Source: an uncultured bacterium (GTDB lineage Bacteria; Ratteibacteria; UBA8468; B48-G9; DSTR01). Taken from it: DNA of 64,000 nt. The notes below the pieces were generated by a model. It was given only the letters and a program-made list of their open reading frames with translations, made no database searches and had not been told where the DNA came from. The stretch spans positions 23,575-87,574 of the forward strand of contig CAZYCA010000031.1 of NCBI GenBank assembly GCA_964645405.1. The letters run 5' to 3'. Positions 51,802 to 61,005 of this stretch are shown piece by piece; position 1 is the stretch's first letter; every line of letters begins with the position of its first letter. The position numbers and the translations under genes are program-made.

Positions 51802-53196
51802 ATGAAAACACCAAGAGTCCAGGTTAATAAGCAACCCGTGAGTGAACGTATCAGAAACTTTTATGAAGTTTCTCTGGGCTATACACAGGAGCAAGCACGT
51901 CAGGAAGCCAGCCGCTGCCTGAGTTGCCGTAATGCTACCTGTGTGCGTGGATGCCCTGTGGAAGTCAATATCCCGGAATTTGTCAGGTTTATTAAAGAAG
52001 GGAATTTTTTACTTTCCTTCCAATCCCTCCAGAAGAAAAACATTCTGCCAGCCATCTGCGGACGGGTGTGTCCCCAGGAGACCCAGTGTGAGAAATTATG
52101 TGTCCTGGGCAGGAAAGGGGAACCTGTCGCCATAGGACGATTAGAAAGATTTGTTGCTGACTGGGCAAGACAGAACCAGAAGGATAATCCTTCCACCATG
52201 TTACCACAGGAGAATAAATATAGAGTGGCTGTTATAGGTTGCGGTCCAGCAGGTTTAACCTGTGCGGCAGAACTGGCATCTTTGGGTGTAAAGGTTACAA
52301 TTTTTGAATCTCTTCATAAGCCAGGAGGGGTGCTGGTCTATGGTATACCGGAATTTCGTCTGCCGAAGTCCATAGTTACCCATGAAATTGAACAGGTGAA
52401 GAAAATGCAGGTGGAGATTGTTACCGATACTGTTGTTGGCAAAACTATCAGCATTAAAGAACTCTTTGCCTCAGGTTATCAGGCAATTTTTATCGCCACT
52501 GGTGCCGGGTTGCCTTCCTTTCTTGGTATACCGGGTGAGAATCTATTGCGGGTTTACTCGGCTAATGAATTTCTTACCAGGGTTAACCTGATGGCTGCCT
52601 TTCGTTTTCCGGAAGCAGACACGCCTATAGATGTCGGCAGGAAAGTGGCAGTCATCGGTGGAGGAAATGTGGCTATGGATGCGGCACGTTGTGCCCTGAG
52701 GTTAAAGGCTGAAAGTGTCTGGGTTCTTTACCGGCGGACAGAAGAGGAAATGCCAGCCCGCCGGGAAGAATATGAAAATGCCAGGGAAGAAGGAATTAAT
52801 TTTGAGTTTTTGGTTAGTCCCACAGAAATTATTGCTGATGAAAATGGCTATGTGAAAGGTATAAAAATTATTCGTAACTGCCTGGGTGAACCGGACGAAA
52901 GCGGACGGAGAAGACCGGTACCCATCCCGGATTCCGAGACTGTTGTTGATTTTGACACAGTAATTGTGGCTATCGGGCAAAACCCTAATCCTCTTATTCC
53001 TGCTTGTCTTCCAGAACTGAAAACCGGCCGTCATGGCGTCATCATTACTGACCCGGAGACTGGGGCTACCAATATCGCCGGGATTTACGCCGGTGGAGAC
53101 ATAGCCACAGGTGCTGCTACTGTCATCAGCGCTATGGGGGCAGGAAAAAAAGCCGCACGGTCTATTTTTGAATACCTCCGGGGAAAGAACAGCTAA
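51802..53196 (+). CDS. glutamate synthase small-subunit-like NADPH oxidoreductase (GltD/SudA family)
   Basis: N-terminal Fe-S Cys motifs (CLSCRNATCVRGCP, CGRVCPQETQCEKLC) and two dinucleotide-binding motifs (VAVIGCGPAGL, VAVIGGGNVAMD). Confidence 0.75.
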   Translation: MKTPRVQVNKQPVSERIRNFYEVSLGYTQEQARQEASRCLSCRNATCVRGCPVEVNIPEFVRFIKEGNFLLSFQSLQKKNILPAICGRVCPQETQCEKLCVLGRKGEPVAIGRLERFVADWARQNQKDNPSTMLPQENKYRVAVIGCGPAGLTCAAELASLGVKVTIFESLHKPGGVLVYGIPEFRLPKSIVTHEIEQVKKMQVEIVTDTVVGKTISIKELFASGYQAIFIATGAGLPSFLGIPGENLLRVYSANEFLTRVNLMAAFRFPEADTPIDVGRKVAVIGGGNVAMDAARCALRLKAESVWVLYRRTEEEMPARREEYENAREEGINFEFLVSPTEIIADENGYVKGIKIIRNCLGEPDESGRRRPVPIPDSETVVDFDTVIVAIGQNPNPLIPACLPELKTGRHGVIITDPETGATNIAGIYAGGDIATGAATVISAMGAGKKAARSIFEYLRGKNS

Positions 53197-53263
53197 AAAT
53201 GCTCACTGGATTTTTGTCATTGTTCAGGTGATTGTGTTATTCTTAAGAAAATAAGGAGGAGCC

Positions 53264-54007
53264 ATGGGCGGATGGGTTGCACTGGCGGTAGTAGTTTTTT
53301 TCATCCTTGCCAATTCCATTAAAATTGTAAATGAATATGAGCGCGGTGTTATCTTCCGACTGGGAAGGCTGGTGGGAGCGAGAGGTCCGGGACTTTTCTT
53401 TCTTATTCCCCTGGTGGAAAGAATGGTAAAGGTAAGTCTGCGCACCCTAACCTTTGATGTTACCCCTCAGGAAGTCATGACCAAGGATAATGTTCCCATC
53501 AAAGTAAACGCCGTAGTTTATTTTCGTGTGATGGACCCGGCCAGAGCAGTGGTAGAAGTAGAAAATTATCAGGTAGCAACCATTCAAATTGCTCAAACGA
53601 CCCTGCGGGGAGTTGTAGGACACAACGAACTGGATGATATCCTGGCAGAAAGAGAAAAAATTAATCAGCGACTTCAACAGATTATTGATGAGCAAACAGA
53701 CCCCTGGGGTATTAAAGTAAGCATTGTGGAAATCAAAGAAGTAGAATTGCCTGAGAGTATGAAGCGAGCGATGGCCAGACAGGCAGAAGTAGAAAGGGAA
53801 CGCCGCGCCAAGGTGATAAATGCCGAAGGCGAGTTACAGGCTTCGGAAAAACTGAGGGAAGCGGCACGCATCCTGTCTGAGATACCCCAGGCTATGCACC
53901 TGCGCTACCTGCAAACAGCCACAGAAATTGCTACCGAAAAGAATTCCACCCTGGTCTTTCCTCTTCCCATGGAATTCTTCAAGCTCATCGGAAAAGAAAA
54001 AACTTAA
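53264..54007 (+). CDS. SPFH/band-7 (stomatin-like) protein
   Basis: N-terminal TM helix, SPFH core ([16 protein letters not shown]) and a coiled-coil tail. Confidence 0.8.
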   Translation: MGGWVALAVVVFFILANSIKIVNEYERGVIFRLGRLVGARGPGLFFLIPLVERMVKVSLRTLTFDVTPQEVMTKDNVPIKVNAVVYFRVMDPARAVVEVENYQVATIQIAQTTLRGVVGHNELDDILAEREKINQRLQQIIDEQTDPWGIKVSIVEIKEVELPESMKRAMARQAEVERERRAKVINAEGELQASEKLREAARILSEIPQAMHLRYLQTATEIATEKNSTLVFPLPMEFFKLIGKEKT

Positions 54008-54016
54008 AGTCGGATT

Positions 54017-54877
54017 ATGGTTGTTTTCCAGAAGATAGGGATTATCGGGCTGGGGATGCTGGGCGGCTCCATAGCTCTGGATGTAAGACGGCTGGGAATA
54101 GCAGGGGAAATCATCGGTGCCAGTCGTCGCGCTTCCACATTGAGAAAAGCCAGGGAAAATGGTTTTGTTGACCGGACTACCACTGATGTTCACAACCTTA
54201 TAAGAAGCGTGGATTTCCTGATTCTGGCCACACCGCCAAAAGTAATAACTTCTTATTTAAGGATATTAGCAGAGACCAACCCTGGACTTTTAACCACAGA
54301 TGTTGCCAGTGTGAAAGAGGAAATTATAGAAACCGTAAACAAATATTTTGGCAAATCTCACTGGTTTGTTGGCTCGCATCCTATTGCCGGGTCTGAAGTT
54401 CAGGGTCTGGCTGGCTCTAAATCCAGTCTTTTTGTTAGCCGAGCGGTAGTAGTTAGTCCAGCACGAAATTCCTGCCCTGCGGCAGTGGAAAAAGTGAAGG
54501 AATTCTGGTTAGCTTTAGGAGCCAGGGTAATCCAGATGGATGCGCGGGAGCATGATTATATTCTGGCTGTTTCCAGTCACCTGCCCCATCTAACAGTCTA
54601 TGCTCTTGTGGATACTCTCAAAACGGTGAAAAATCCACACCTTTACCAGTGTCTGGGTTCTGGATTTAAAGATGCTACCCGGATTGGAAAGAGCAACCCA
54701 CAACTCTGGGCGGAAATATTCCTGGCCAACAGGAAACATCTTCTTGTTCATCTGGCAAGCTATAAAAGAAGGCTGCAGCGACTGGAATCCTTACTGCGTG
54801 GCACCAGAAGGAATTTATTAACCCGGTATCTCAAGGAAATAGTGGTTTATCGGGAGAGCCTTGATGGGAAAAAATGA
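54017..54877 (+). CDS. tyrA: prephenate/arogenate dehydrogenase
   Basis: N-terminal Rossmann fold (IGIIGLGMLGGSIAL) and HPIAGSE. Confidence 0.8.
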   Translation: MVVFQKIGIIGLGMLGGSIALDVRRLGIAGEIIGASRRASTLRKARENGFVDRTTTDVHNLIRSVDFLILATPPKVITSYLRILAETNPGLLTTDVASVKEEIIETVNKYFGKSHWFVGSHPIAGSEVQGLAGSKSSLFVSRAVVVSPARNSCPAAVEKVKEFWLALGARVIQMDAREHDYILAVSSHLPHLTVYALVDTLKTVKNPHLYQCLGSGFKDATRIGKSNPQLWAEIFLANRKHLLVHLASYKRRLQRLESLLRGTRRNLLTRYLKEIVVYRESLDGKK

Positions 54878-55685
54878 GAGAAGTTTGTTTTTGCGGCAAT
54901 GTCGTCGCATCGTGATTAAAATCGGAACCCAGGTAGCCACCACACGGGACAACCGGGTGGATACTTCCACCCTGGAGCACATAGTTCAGCAGGTGGCAGA
55001 GTTAGTGAAGAATGAGAAGCGGCAGGTTATTATAGTTACATCTGGTGCGGTAGCTGCCGGGATGCAGGTCTTAGGATGGAAAAAGAGACCAGCAAGTATT
55101 AATTATTTACAGGCTGCTGCCAGTGTTGGACAGAGCAGATTGATGCGTGTTTATGAACGTTCCTTCCGGGACCTGGGCATCAATGTAGGTCAGGTTTTGC
55201 TTACCAGGGACCTTTTCCGTGTGCCCCAGCGACGGACCAATGCCCAGCAGACACTTTTAACGTTGCTCAACTTCGGTGTTATTCCCATTATCAACGAGAA
55301 CGACAGCGTGGCAGTGGAAGAACTCAGATTCGGAGACAATGATACCCTGGCGGCTCTCGTTACTGAATTACTGGCTGCGCAGCTTCTTTTGATTTTAACA
55401 GATGTTGCCGGGCTTTACAACCGGGACCCGAAAGCCGGGCAAGCCACTCTCATTTCTGAGGTTAGAAATTTTGACAGGAAAATCCTGGCACTGGGCAAGA
55501 CTGCTTCTGCATCCGGAAAGGGATTGGGTGGTATCGCCAGTAAACTGAAGGCAGCCAAATATGTCACCGAACGTGGTGCTGTCTGTATCATTGCTCATGG
55601 TAAAAGGACTTCCACTATTCCTGCTGTTATGTCCGGTAAACAGGTAGGTACCTTTTTCTGGCCGCAAAGGATACTTTCTTCTTAA
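54861..55685 (+). CDS. proB: glutamate 5-kinase (no PUA domain)
   Basis: Contains RIVIKIGTQVAT and an amino-acid kinase fold. Confidence 0.9.
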   Translation: MMGKNERSLFLRQCRRIVIKIGTQVATTRDNRVDTSTLEHIVQQVAELVKNEKRQVIIVTSGAVAAGMQVLGWKKRPASINYLQAAASVGQSRLMRVYERSFRDLGINVGQVLLTRDLFRVPQRRTNAQQTLLTLLNFGVIPIINENDSVAVEELRFGDNDTLAALVTELLAAQLLLILTDVAGLYNRDPKAGQATLISEVRNFDRKILALGKTASASGKGLGGIASKLKAAKYVTERGAVCIIAHGKRTSTIPAVMSGKQVGTFFWPQRILSS

Positions 55686-55697
55686 AAGGAGTTTCTT

Positions 55698-56954
55698 ATG
55701 CCGTGGCGAGAGGATGTTTTGCGCAAACTGAAGGAAACCAGACAAGCATCTGCAGAAATTAGCCTGCTTAGTAAAGAAAGAAAAAATAATAGTCTGCAGG
55801 TATTAGCCCGCTTGCTGCGAGAAAAGATGCCCGCTATCTTAAATGCCAACCGGGCAGACCTGGACAAAGCCAGTAAGTCAGGTTACTCGCCGGCTTTCAT
55901 GGACAGGCTGACCCTGACACCAGAAAGGGTGGAAAAAATGGCTGTAGCCTGCCAGCAGGTGTCTTCTCTGCCGGACCCGGTGGGTCAAATTATCTGGGAG
56001 ACAACAAGACCAAATGGCCTTAGAATTCAACGTCTGCGGGTTCCCATCGGTGTGATTGCCATTATTTATGAATCAAGGCCTGATGTTACGGTAGAGGCAG
56101 CCATTCTCTGTCTGAAGGCCGGTAATGCTGTTGTTTTAAGGGGAGGAAAAGAAGCACGTTTTTCCAACACCATGCTTGTGGAACTGATAAAACAGGCGCT
56201 GAGAGAGACAGAAATCACAGAAAAGGGGATAAATTTAATAGCGGAAGGAGGTAGAGCAGCAGTTTCTTTCCTTCTCCAGCAAACAGATTTAGTTGACCTG
56301 GTAATCCCCAGGGGCGGTGAATCCCTCATCAACACTGTTGTCAGGTCCAGCCGGATTCCGGTCGTGAAACACTATAAAGGCGTGTGCCATACCTATGTTG
56401 ACGCCCATGCTGATTTAAGAATGGCTGTAGAAGTTACCTTCAATGCTAAAGTTCAACGCCCCGGTACCTGTAATGCTACAGAAACTCTGCTTGTGCATCG
56501 CGATATAGCTTCCTCCTTTCTTCCTTTAATGGCGGAAAAATTTCAGGCAGCAGGCGTGGAAATGAGAGGATGCCCTGTAACCTGTGCTCTTGTTCCCCAG
56601 GCTAAACCGGCAGCGGAAACAGACTGGGGAAAAGAATTTCTCGCCCTGATTATTGCTATCAAGGTTGTTAATAGTCTTGGGGAAGCAATTGAACATATCA
56701 GCAGATACGGGACAAAACATTCGGATGCTATAATTACCGAGGATTCTGCAGCCGCTTCAGAGTTCCTGCAGAAAGTAGATTCAGCCTGTGTTTATCATAA
56801 TGCTTCCACCAGATTCACTGACGGTGGCCAGTTCGGCCTGGGAGCAGAAATAGGTATAAGTACTGATAAAATTCATGCTCGTGGCCCCATGGGACTGGAA
56901 GAACTCACTACCTATAAATACGTAATTCATGGACAGGGACAAATCCGTTCATAA
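55698..56954 (+). CDS. proA: gamma-glutamyl phosphate reductase
   Basis: Aldehyde-dehydrogenase-like ProA core with a catalytic Cys context (KGVCHTY). Confidence 0.9.
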   Translation: MPWREDVLRKLKETRQASAEISLLSKERKNNSLQVLARLLREKMPAILNANRADLDKASKSGYSPAFMDRLTLTPERVEKMAVACQQVSSLPDPVGQIIWETTRPNGLRIQRLRVPIGVIAIIYESRPDVTVEAAILCLKAGNAVVLRGGKEARFSNTMLVELIKQALRETEITEKGINLIAEGGRAAVSFLLQQTDLVDLVIPRGGESLINTVVRSSRIPVVKHYKGVCHTYVDAHADLRMAVEVTFNAKVQRPGTCNATETLLVHRDIASSFLPLMAEKFQAAGVEMRGCPVTCALVPQAKPAAETDWGKEFLALIIAIKVVNSLGEAIEHISRYGTKHSDAIITEDSAAASEFLQKVDSACVYHNASTRFTDGGQFGLGAEIGISTDKIHARGPMGLEELTTYKYVIHGQGQIRS

Positions 56955-57546
56955 ACTGGCTATCTTTGGAGGTTCCTTTAATCCGGTTCATCACGGTCAT
57001 TTGATTATGGCTGAGATGGCGCAGAATCAGTTTGGCCTGGATAAGGTTATTTTTGTCCCTGCTGGTATCTCCCCTTTCAAGGATGAACCAGCCGTTTCTG
57101 GCCAGAAACGGCTGAAAATGCTGCGACTGGCTATTTCCCGACATCCTTTTTTTGAAGCCAGCGCTATTGAATTACTCAGGTCTGGACCATCATATACCAT
57201 AGAAACGGTAAAACATTTTGAGAAAAAGTATCCTGGTGCCAAACTTTTTTTCCTCCTGGGTAGTGATACCTTTTCTGAGATTAACAGATGGCATCAGGCT
57301 GAGGATTTGATACGTAAACTTATTTTTCTGGTTGCCCTGCGCAGCAGTAGCAGAATTACCACACCTGCTGGTTTCAGGGTAAAATATAAACTTATTTCTG
57401 CACCTTTGATAGAGATTTCATCGACACTCATCCGGAAATTGCTGGGGAGTGGAAAGTCTATCCGGTATTTAGTTCCGGATTCTGTTTATCGGTACATAAG
57501 AAGGGAAGGATTATATGGACTGGCAAGAACTACTGAGAAAAATTGA
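56929..57546 (+). CDS. nadD: nicotinate-nucleotide adenylyltransferase
   Basis: Contains GGSFNPVHHGH. Confidence 0.85.
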   Translation: MDRDKSVHKLAIFGGSFNPVHHGHLIMAEMAQNQFGLDKVIFVPAGISPFKDEPAVSGQKRLKMLRLAISRHPFFEASAIELLRSGPSYTIETVKHFEKKYPGAKLFFLLGSDTFSEINRWHQAEDLIRKLIFLVALRSSSRITTPAGFRVKYKLISAPLIEISSTLIRKLLGSGKSIRYLVPDSVYRYIRREGLYGLARTTEKN

Positions 57547-58537
57547 GGAAATCAAAAAGCAGGCAGCCGGTGAAATGTCCCGGATAAGTGAGGCTTCAGA
57601 AAAGGAACAATGGCGGATAAAATATCTCGGTCGTAAAGGTCACCTGCATCAACTGACCAGTTTAGTGGGAAAAGCGCCGCTGCAGCTCCGAAGAAAACTC
57701 GGTGCAGAGATTAATAACCTGAAACAGTATCTTTTAGCTCTCTATCAGGAAAAGAAGGAAGCCATCAGAGATACCGGGTTTTTGAATGTTTCCTTACCCG
57801 GACACAGGGTATCTTCGGGTCAGCTTCATCCCCTGACGACTGCTACACGGGAGATGGTTAAAATTTTCACCAGGATGGGCTTCGGTGTCTATACAGGACC
57901 TGATATGGAAACAGATTATTACAACTTTGAAGCACTTAACATGCCGGCTAACCATCCAGCCAGGGATATGTGGGATACCTTTTACCTGAACGAAGAAGGT
58001 ACCAGACTTTTACGCACCCATACCAGTCCGGTACAGATTCGTGTAATGGAGAAGATAACCCCTCCCTTCAGGATTATTGCTGTTGGCAGATGTTTTCGTA
58101 GAGACCCATTAGATGCTTCCCACAGCCCGGTTTTCCATCAGATGGAAGGATTGATGGTTGGTTCTGATATTTGTTTTAGCCACCTGAAAGGAATCCTTAT
58201 CCACTTCTGTCAGGAATTTTTTGGACACGGGATAAAGGTAAAATTCAGTCCCTCATATTTTCCTTTCACTGAACCCAGTGCCGAGGTGAGCATTTCCTGT
58301 GTCATCTGTGGCGGTACAGGATGTACCACCTGCTCCAGGAAAGGGTGGCTGGAGATACTTGGTTGCGGCATGGTACACCCCAGAGTTTTCCAGGCAGTAG
58401 GTTATGAGAAAGACAAAATCAGGGGGTTTGCCTTTGGTATGGGCGTAGAAAGAATAGCGATGTTGCGCCACGGAATTACAGATATCAGATTTTTTCTTCA
58501 GAATGACTTACGTTTTATCCAGCAGGTAAGCAGTTAA
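57515..58537 (+). CDS. pheS: phenylalanyl-tRNA synthetase alpha subunit
   Basis: Class II motifs (FRRDPLDASHSPVFHQMEG, GMGVERIAMLRHG). Confidence 0.9.
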   Translation: MDWQELLRKIEEIKKQAAGEMSRISEASEKEQWRIKYLGRKGHLHQLTSLVGKAPLQLRRKLGAEINNLKQYLLALYQEKKEAIRDTGFLNVSLPGHRVSSGQLHPLTTATREMVKIFTRMGFGVYTGPDMETDYYNFEALNMPANHPARDMWDTFYLNEEGTRLLRTHTSPVQIRVMEKITPPFRIIAVGRCFRRDPLDASHSPVFHQMEGLMVGSDICFSHLKGILIHFCQEFFGHGIKVKFSPSYFPFTEPSAEVSISCVICGGTGCTTCSRKGWLEILGCGMVHPRVFQAVGYEKDKIRGFAFGMGVERIAMLRHGITDIRFFLQNDLRFIQQVSS

Positions 58538-58551
58538 CCATAGAAAGGAGT

Positions 58552-60531
58552 ATGATGAGGTATCCGTATTCCTGTTTGAGACAGTATCTCCAGCAACCTT
58601 TTTCGCCAGAAGAATTAATCCTCTGGCTGGATACCCTGGGCCTCAGTCCTCAGGTAATAAAAAGCGATCCGGAAGACCTGGTCCTGGAGATTGAAACACC
58701 TGCTAACAGACCCGACCTACTGAGTTTAATAGGTCTGGCGAGGGCTATCGCACCCTTTGGCAGGTTAACTGTACAACTACCCCGGTGTTGTTTTGCAGAA
58801 GACCTGCAGGAAGTTTTCCCGGTGAACATTGAGAACATAGAGGACTGCCTGTACTATTCCTGTCGTGTTATGCGGGGAGTAAAAGTTGCTCCTTCTCCTT
58901 CAGCGTTAAAGGATACAGTGGAGAAACTGGGTTTCAGAAGCAGCCTGAATGTCGTTGACCTTTCCAATCTGGTGATGGCAGAAACCGGGCAACCGCTGCA
59001 TGTCTTTGATCTGGACCGGATTTGTAAGAAAATAACTGTCCGCCGCGCTTTTTCAGGAGAAAAAATTATAACGCTGGATGGACGTCAAAGACTGCTGGAT
59101 AATGATATTTTAGTTATTGCTGATGAGGAAAAAAGTGTTGCTCTGGCCGGGATAATGGGCGGGGCAAATTCTGAAGTAACAAATCAGACCGTCAATCTCC
59201 TCATTGAGAGTGCCGTCTTCAGTCCGGGGAGAATCCGTCGGGGAAGCAAGAAGCTGGGCTTATCCACTGAAGCAGCCCTAAGGTTTGAAAAAGGGATTGA
59301 CCCTCAGACTGCTTGTTTCGGGCTGGAAAGGCTGATTTCTCTGATAAAAGAAATGGCTGGCGGTCATATAGGTCCAGTCTCCTGGACAGGAGAAAGGGAG
59401 AAAAAACTGTCTGCGGTTGAGCTGGACGCTGAACATCTTCAGACCTTTCTCGGCAGTGAAATACCTGGCGATTTTCTTACTGAACTTTTCTCGCAGTCAG
59501 GTTTTTCTGTAACGCGTAAAGGAAATGTTTATCAGGTAACCATACCCTCTTTTCGAAACGATATTCAGGATGAGGTGGATTTGATTGAAGAGGTAGCCAA
59601 ATACTGGACATATGAAAGAATTCCTTCCTGTTTTCCTTCAGTGGAAATTATTCCCACGCCCACATCCCGCCAATATCTACTGTTAGAACGAATTCAGGAT
59701 ATTATGATGCGCCTGGGTTGCACAGAAGTTATCACCTCCAGCCTCATTCCAGAAGACTGGGAGAAATTTTGTCCTGATAAATGTATACCTATTGTTAATC
59801 CGCTTTCCCAGAATGCTTCTCGCCTGCGCTCCTGCTTAATACCTGGATTACTTGAGGTTGTACGCTTTAACCTCACCCGGGGAAGAGAAAACATGCAACT
59901 GTTTGAACTGGGCACAGTCTACCAGTACCAGGAATCCGCAGAAAAGCTCTCTTTGGGACTGGTTGTCTATCGTGATAAAGCCTTCTTCACTTTAAAAGGG
60001 ATAGTGGAATCCTTTTTCGCTGAATGTGGCATTTTTTCCCTGGAATGGAAATCCAGCACAGGCTGTCTGGAAAATCTGGGTCAATTAGTAGAGATTGAAT
60101 GGAAAAAGGGAAAAACAGGGTATCTGGTTTTACCAGGAGAAAAAGTTTTAAAATTTTTTGACATAGGGTCTGCGGTAGCCGTGGGTGAGATTTTTGTAGA
60201 GGGACTGGAGGAACAGCTATTCAGAATAAAAAAGTTTGTTCCGCCACCGCGCTTTCCCTCCAGCAGACGTGATTTTTCTTTTATCTTTTCAGAAAATGTT
60301 GTATGGCCAGAGGTGGAGAAGATCCTCCGCAATCTGCACCTACCAGTAGAAAGCATTGATGTTTTTGATACATATCAGGGGGAGAAGATTTCTCCTGGTT
60401 GTCTGAGCATCAGTTTTTCCGTTATCTTTCGTCATCCTGAGAGAACACTACTGGCTGAAGAAGTAGAAGAGTTTACCAGGCTTATCGCAAAGACACTGGA
60501 AGAAAATTTCTCTGCCCGGATAAGACAATGA
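58552..60531 (+). CDS. pheT: phenylalanyl-tRNA synthetase beta subunit (short form lacking the N-terminal OB tRNA-binding insertion)
   Basis: B3/B4, B5, catalytic-like and C-terminal FDX-ACB domains are recognisable. 659 aa, against about 790 aa in typical bacteria. Confidence 0.85.
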   Translation: MMRYPYSCLRQYLQQPFSPEELILWLDTLGLSPQVIKSDPEDLVLEIETPANRPDLLSLIGLARAIAPFGRLTVQLPRCCFAEDLQEVFPVNIENIEDCLYYSCRVMRGVKVAPSPSALKDTVEKLGFRSSLNVVDLSNLVMAETGQPLHVFDLDRICKKITVRRAFSGEKIITLDGRQRLLDNDILVIADEEKSVALAGIMGGANSEVTNQTVNLLIESAVFSPGRIRRGSKKLGLSTEAALRFEKGIDPQTACFGLERLISLIKEMAGGHIGPVSWTGEREKKLSAVELDAEHLQTFLGSEIPGDFLTELFSQSGFSVTRKGNVYQVTIPSFRNDIQDEVDLIEEVAKYWTYERIPSCFPSVEIIPTPTSRQYLLLERIQDIMMRLGCTEVITSSLIPEDWEKFCPDKCIPIVNPLSQNASRLRSCLIPGLLEVVRFNLTRGRENMQLFELGTVYQYQESAEKLSLGLVVYRDKAFFTLKGIVESFFAECGIFSLEWKSSTGCLENLGQLVEIEWKKGKTGYLVLPGEKVLKFFDIGSAVAVGEIFVEGLEEQLFRIKKFVPPPRFPSSRRDFSFIFSENVVWPEVEKILRNLHLPVESIDVFDTYQGEKISPGCLSISFSVIFRHPERTLLAEEVEEFTRLIAKTLEENFSARIRQ

Positions 60532-60833
60532 AAACTGTTACCATAACTGTGGCAGGCAGACGTTATACCATCGGCACCTCACTTAACGAGAATGATATCC
60601 GGTTGATGGAGAAACAATTACAGGAAACCCTGGAAAGGCTTCAGTTAAAACATCCCAGTGCTGATTTAATTGACCTTTTAGTGTTCTGTCTGATAGAAGG
60701 ATGGGAACAGAATTTCACCCTGCAGCAAACACTCCAGCATTGCGTCCAGAGCAAAGAATTACTCCGGGCTCGCCTCCAGAAGATAGGTTCAATCATAGAA
60801 AAGAAGATTAAGGATTTGACAGGTGACCAGTAG
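60528..60833 (+). CDS. zapA: cell division protein ZapA
   Basis: Starts MKTVTITVAGRRYTIGTSLNENDIRLMEKQLQETL. Sits immediately downstream of pheT and is coupled to it by ATGA. Confidence 0.7.
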   Translation: MKTVTITVAGRRYTIGTSLNENDIRLMEKQLQETLERLQLKHPSADLIDLLVFCLIEGWEQNFTLQQTLQHCVQSKELLRARLQKIGSIIEKKIKDLTGDQ

Positions 60834-60846
60834 AAAATTTATACTA

Positions 60847-60921
60847 ACATAAAATGCGGGGTGGAGCAGTGGTAGCTCGCCGGGCCCATAACCCGGAGGT
60901 CGGCCGTTCGAATCGGTCCCC
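60847..60921 (+). tRNA. tRNA-Met (CAU), initiator-like
   Basis: Acceptor stem UGCGGGG/CCCCGCA (U1-A72), D stem GAGC/GCUC, anticodon stem CCGGG/CCCGG with three G-C pairs next to the loop (an initiator hallmark), loop CCCAUAA, T loop UUCGAAU and CCA encoded. Confidence 0.75.
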
Positions 60922-61005
60922 CGCAACCACAAATTTCAGAGCTTCAGAGAGTCCGCTTCCGGCGGAAGAAGGTGTTCTGTTGTCCGGGGCTAAAGGCAGG
61001 AACAA

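Noticed and set aside
60922-61005. Short hairpin CTTCC-GGC-GGAAG downstream of tRNA-Met
   Set aside because: The stem is only 5 bp and no U-tract follows. It may help 3' processing but is too weak to call a terminator.
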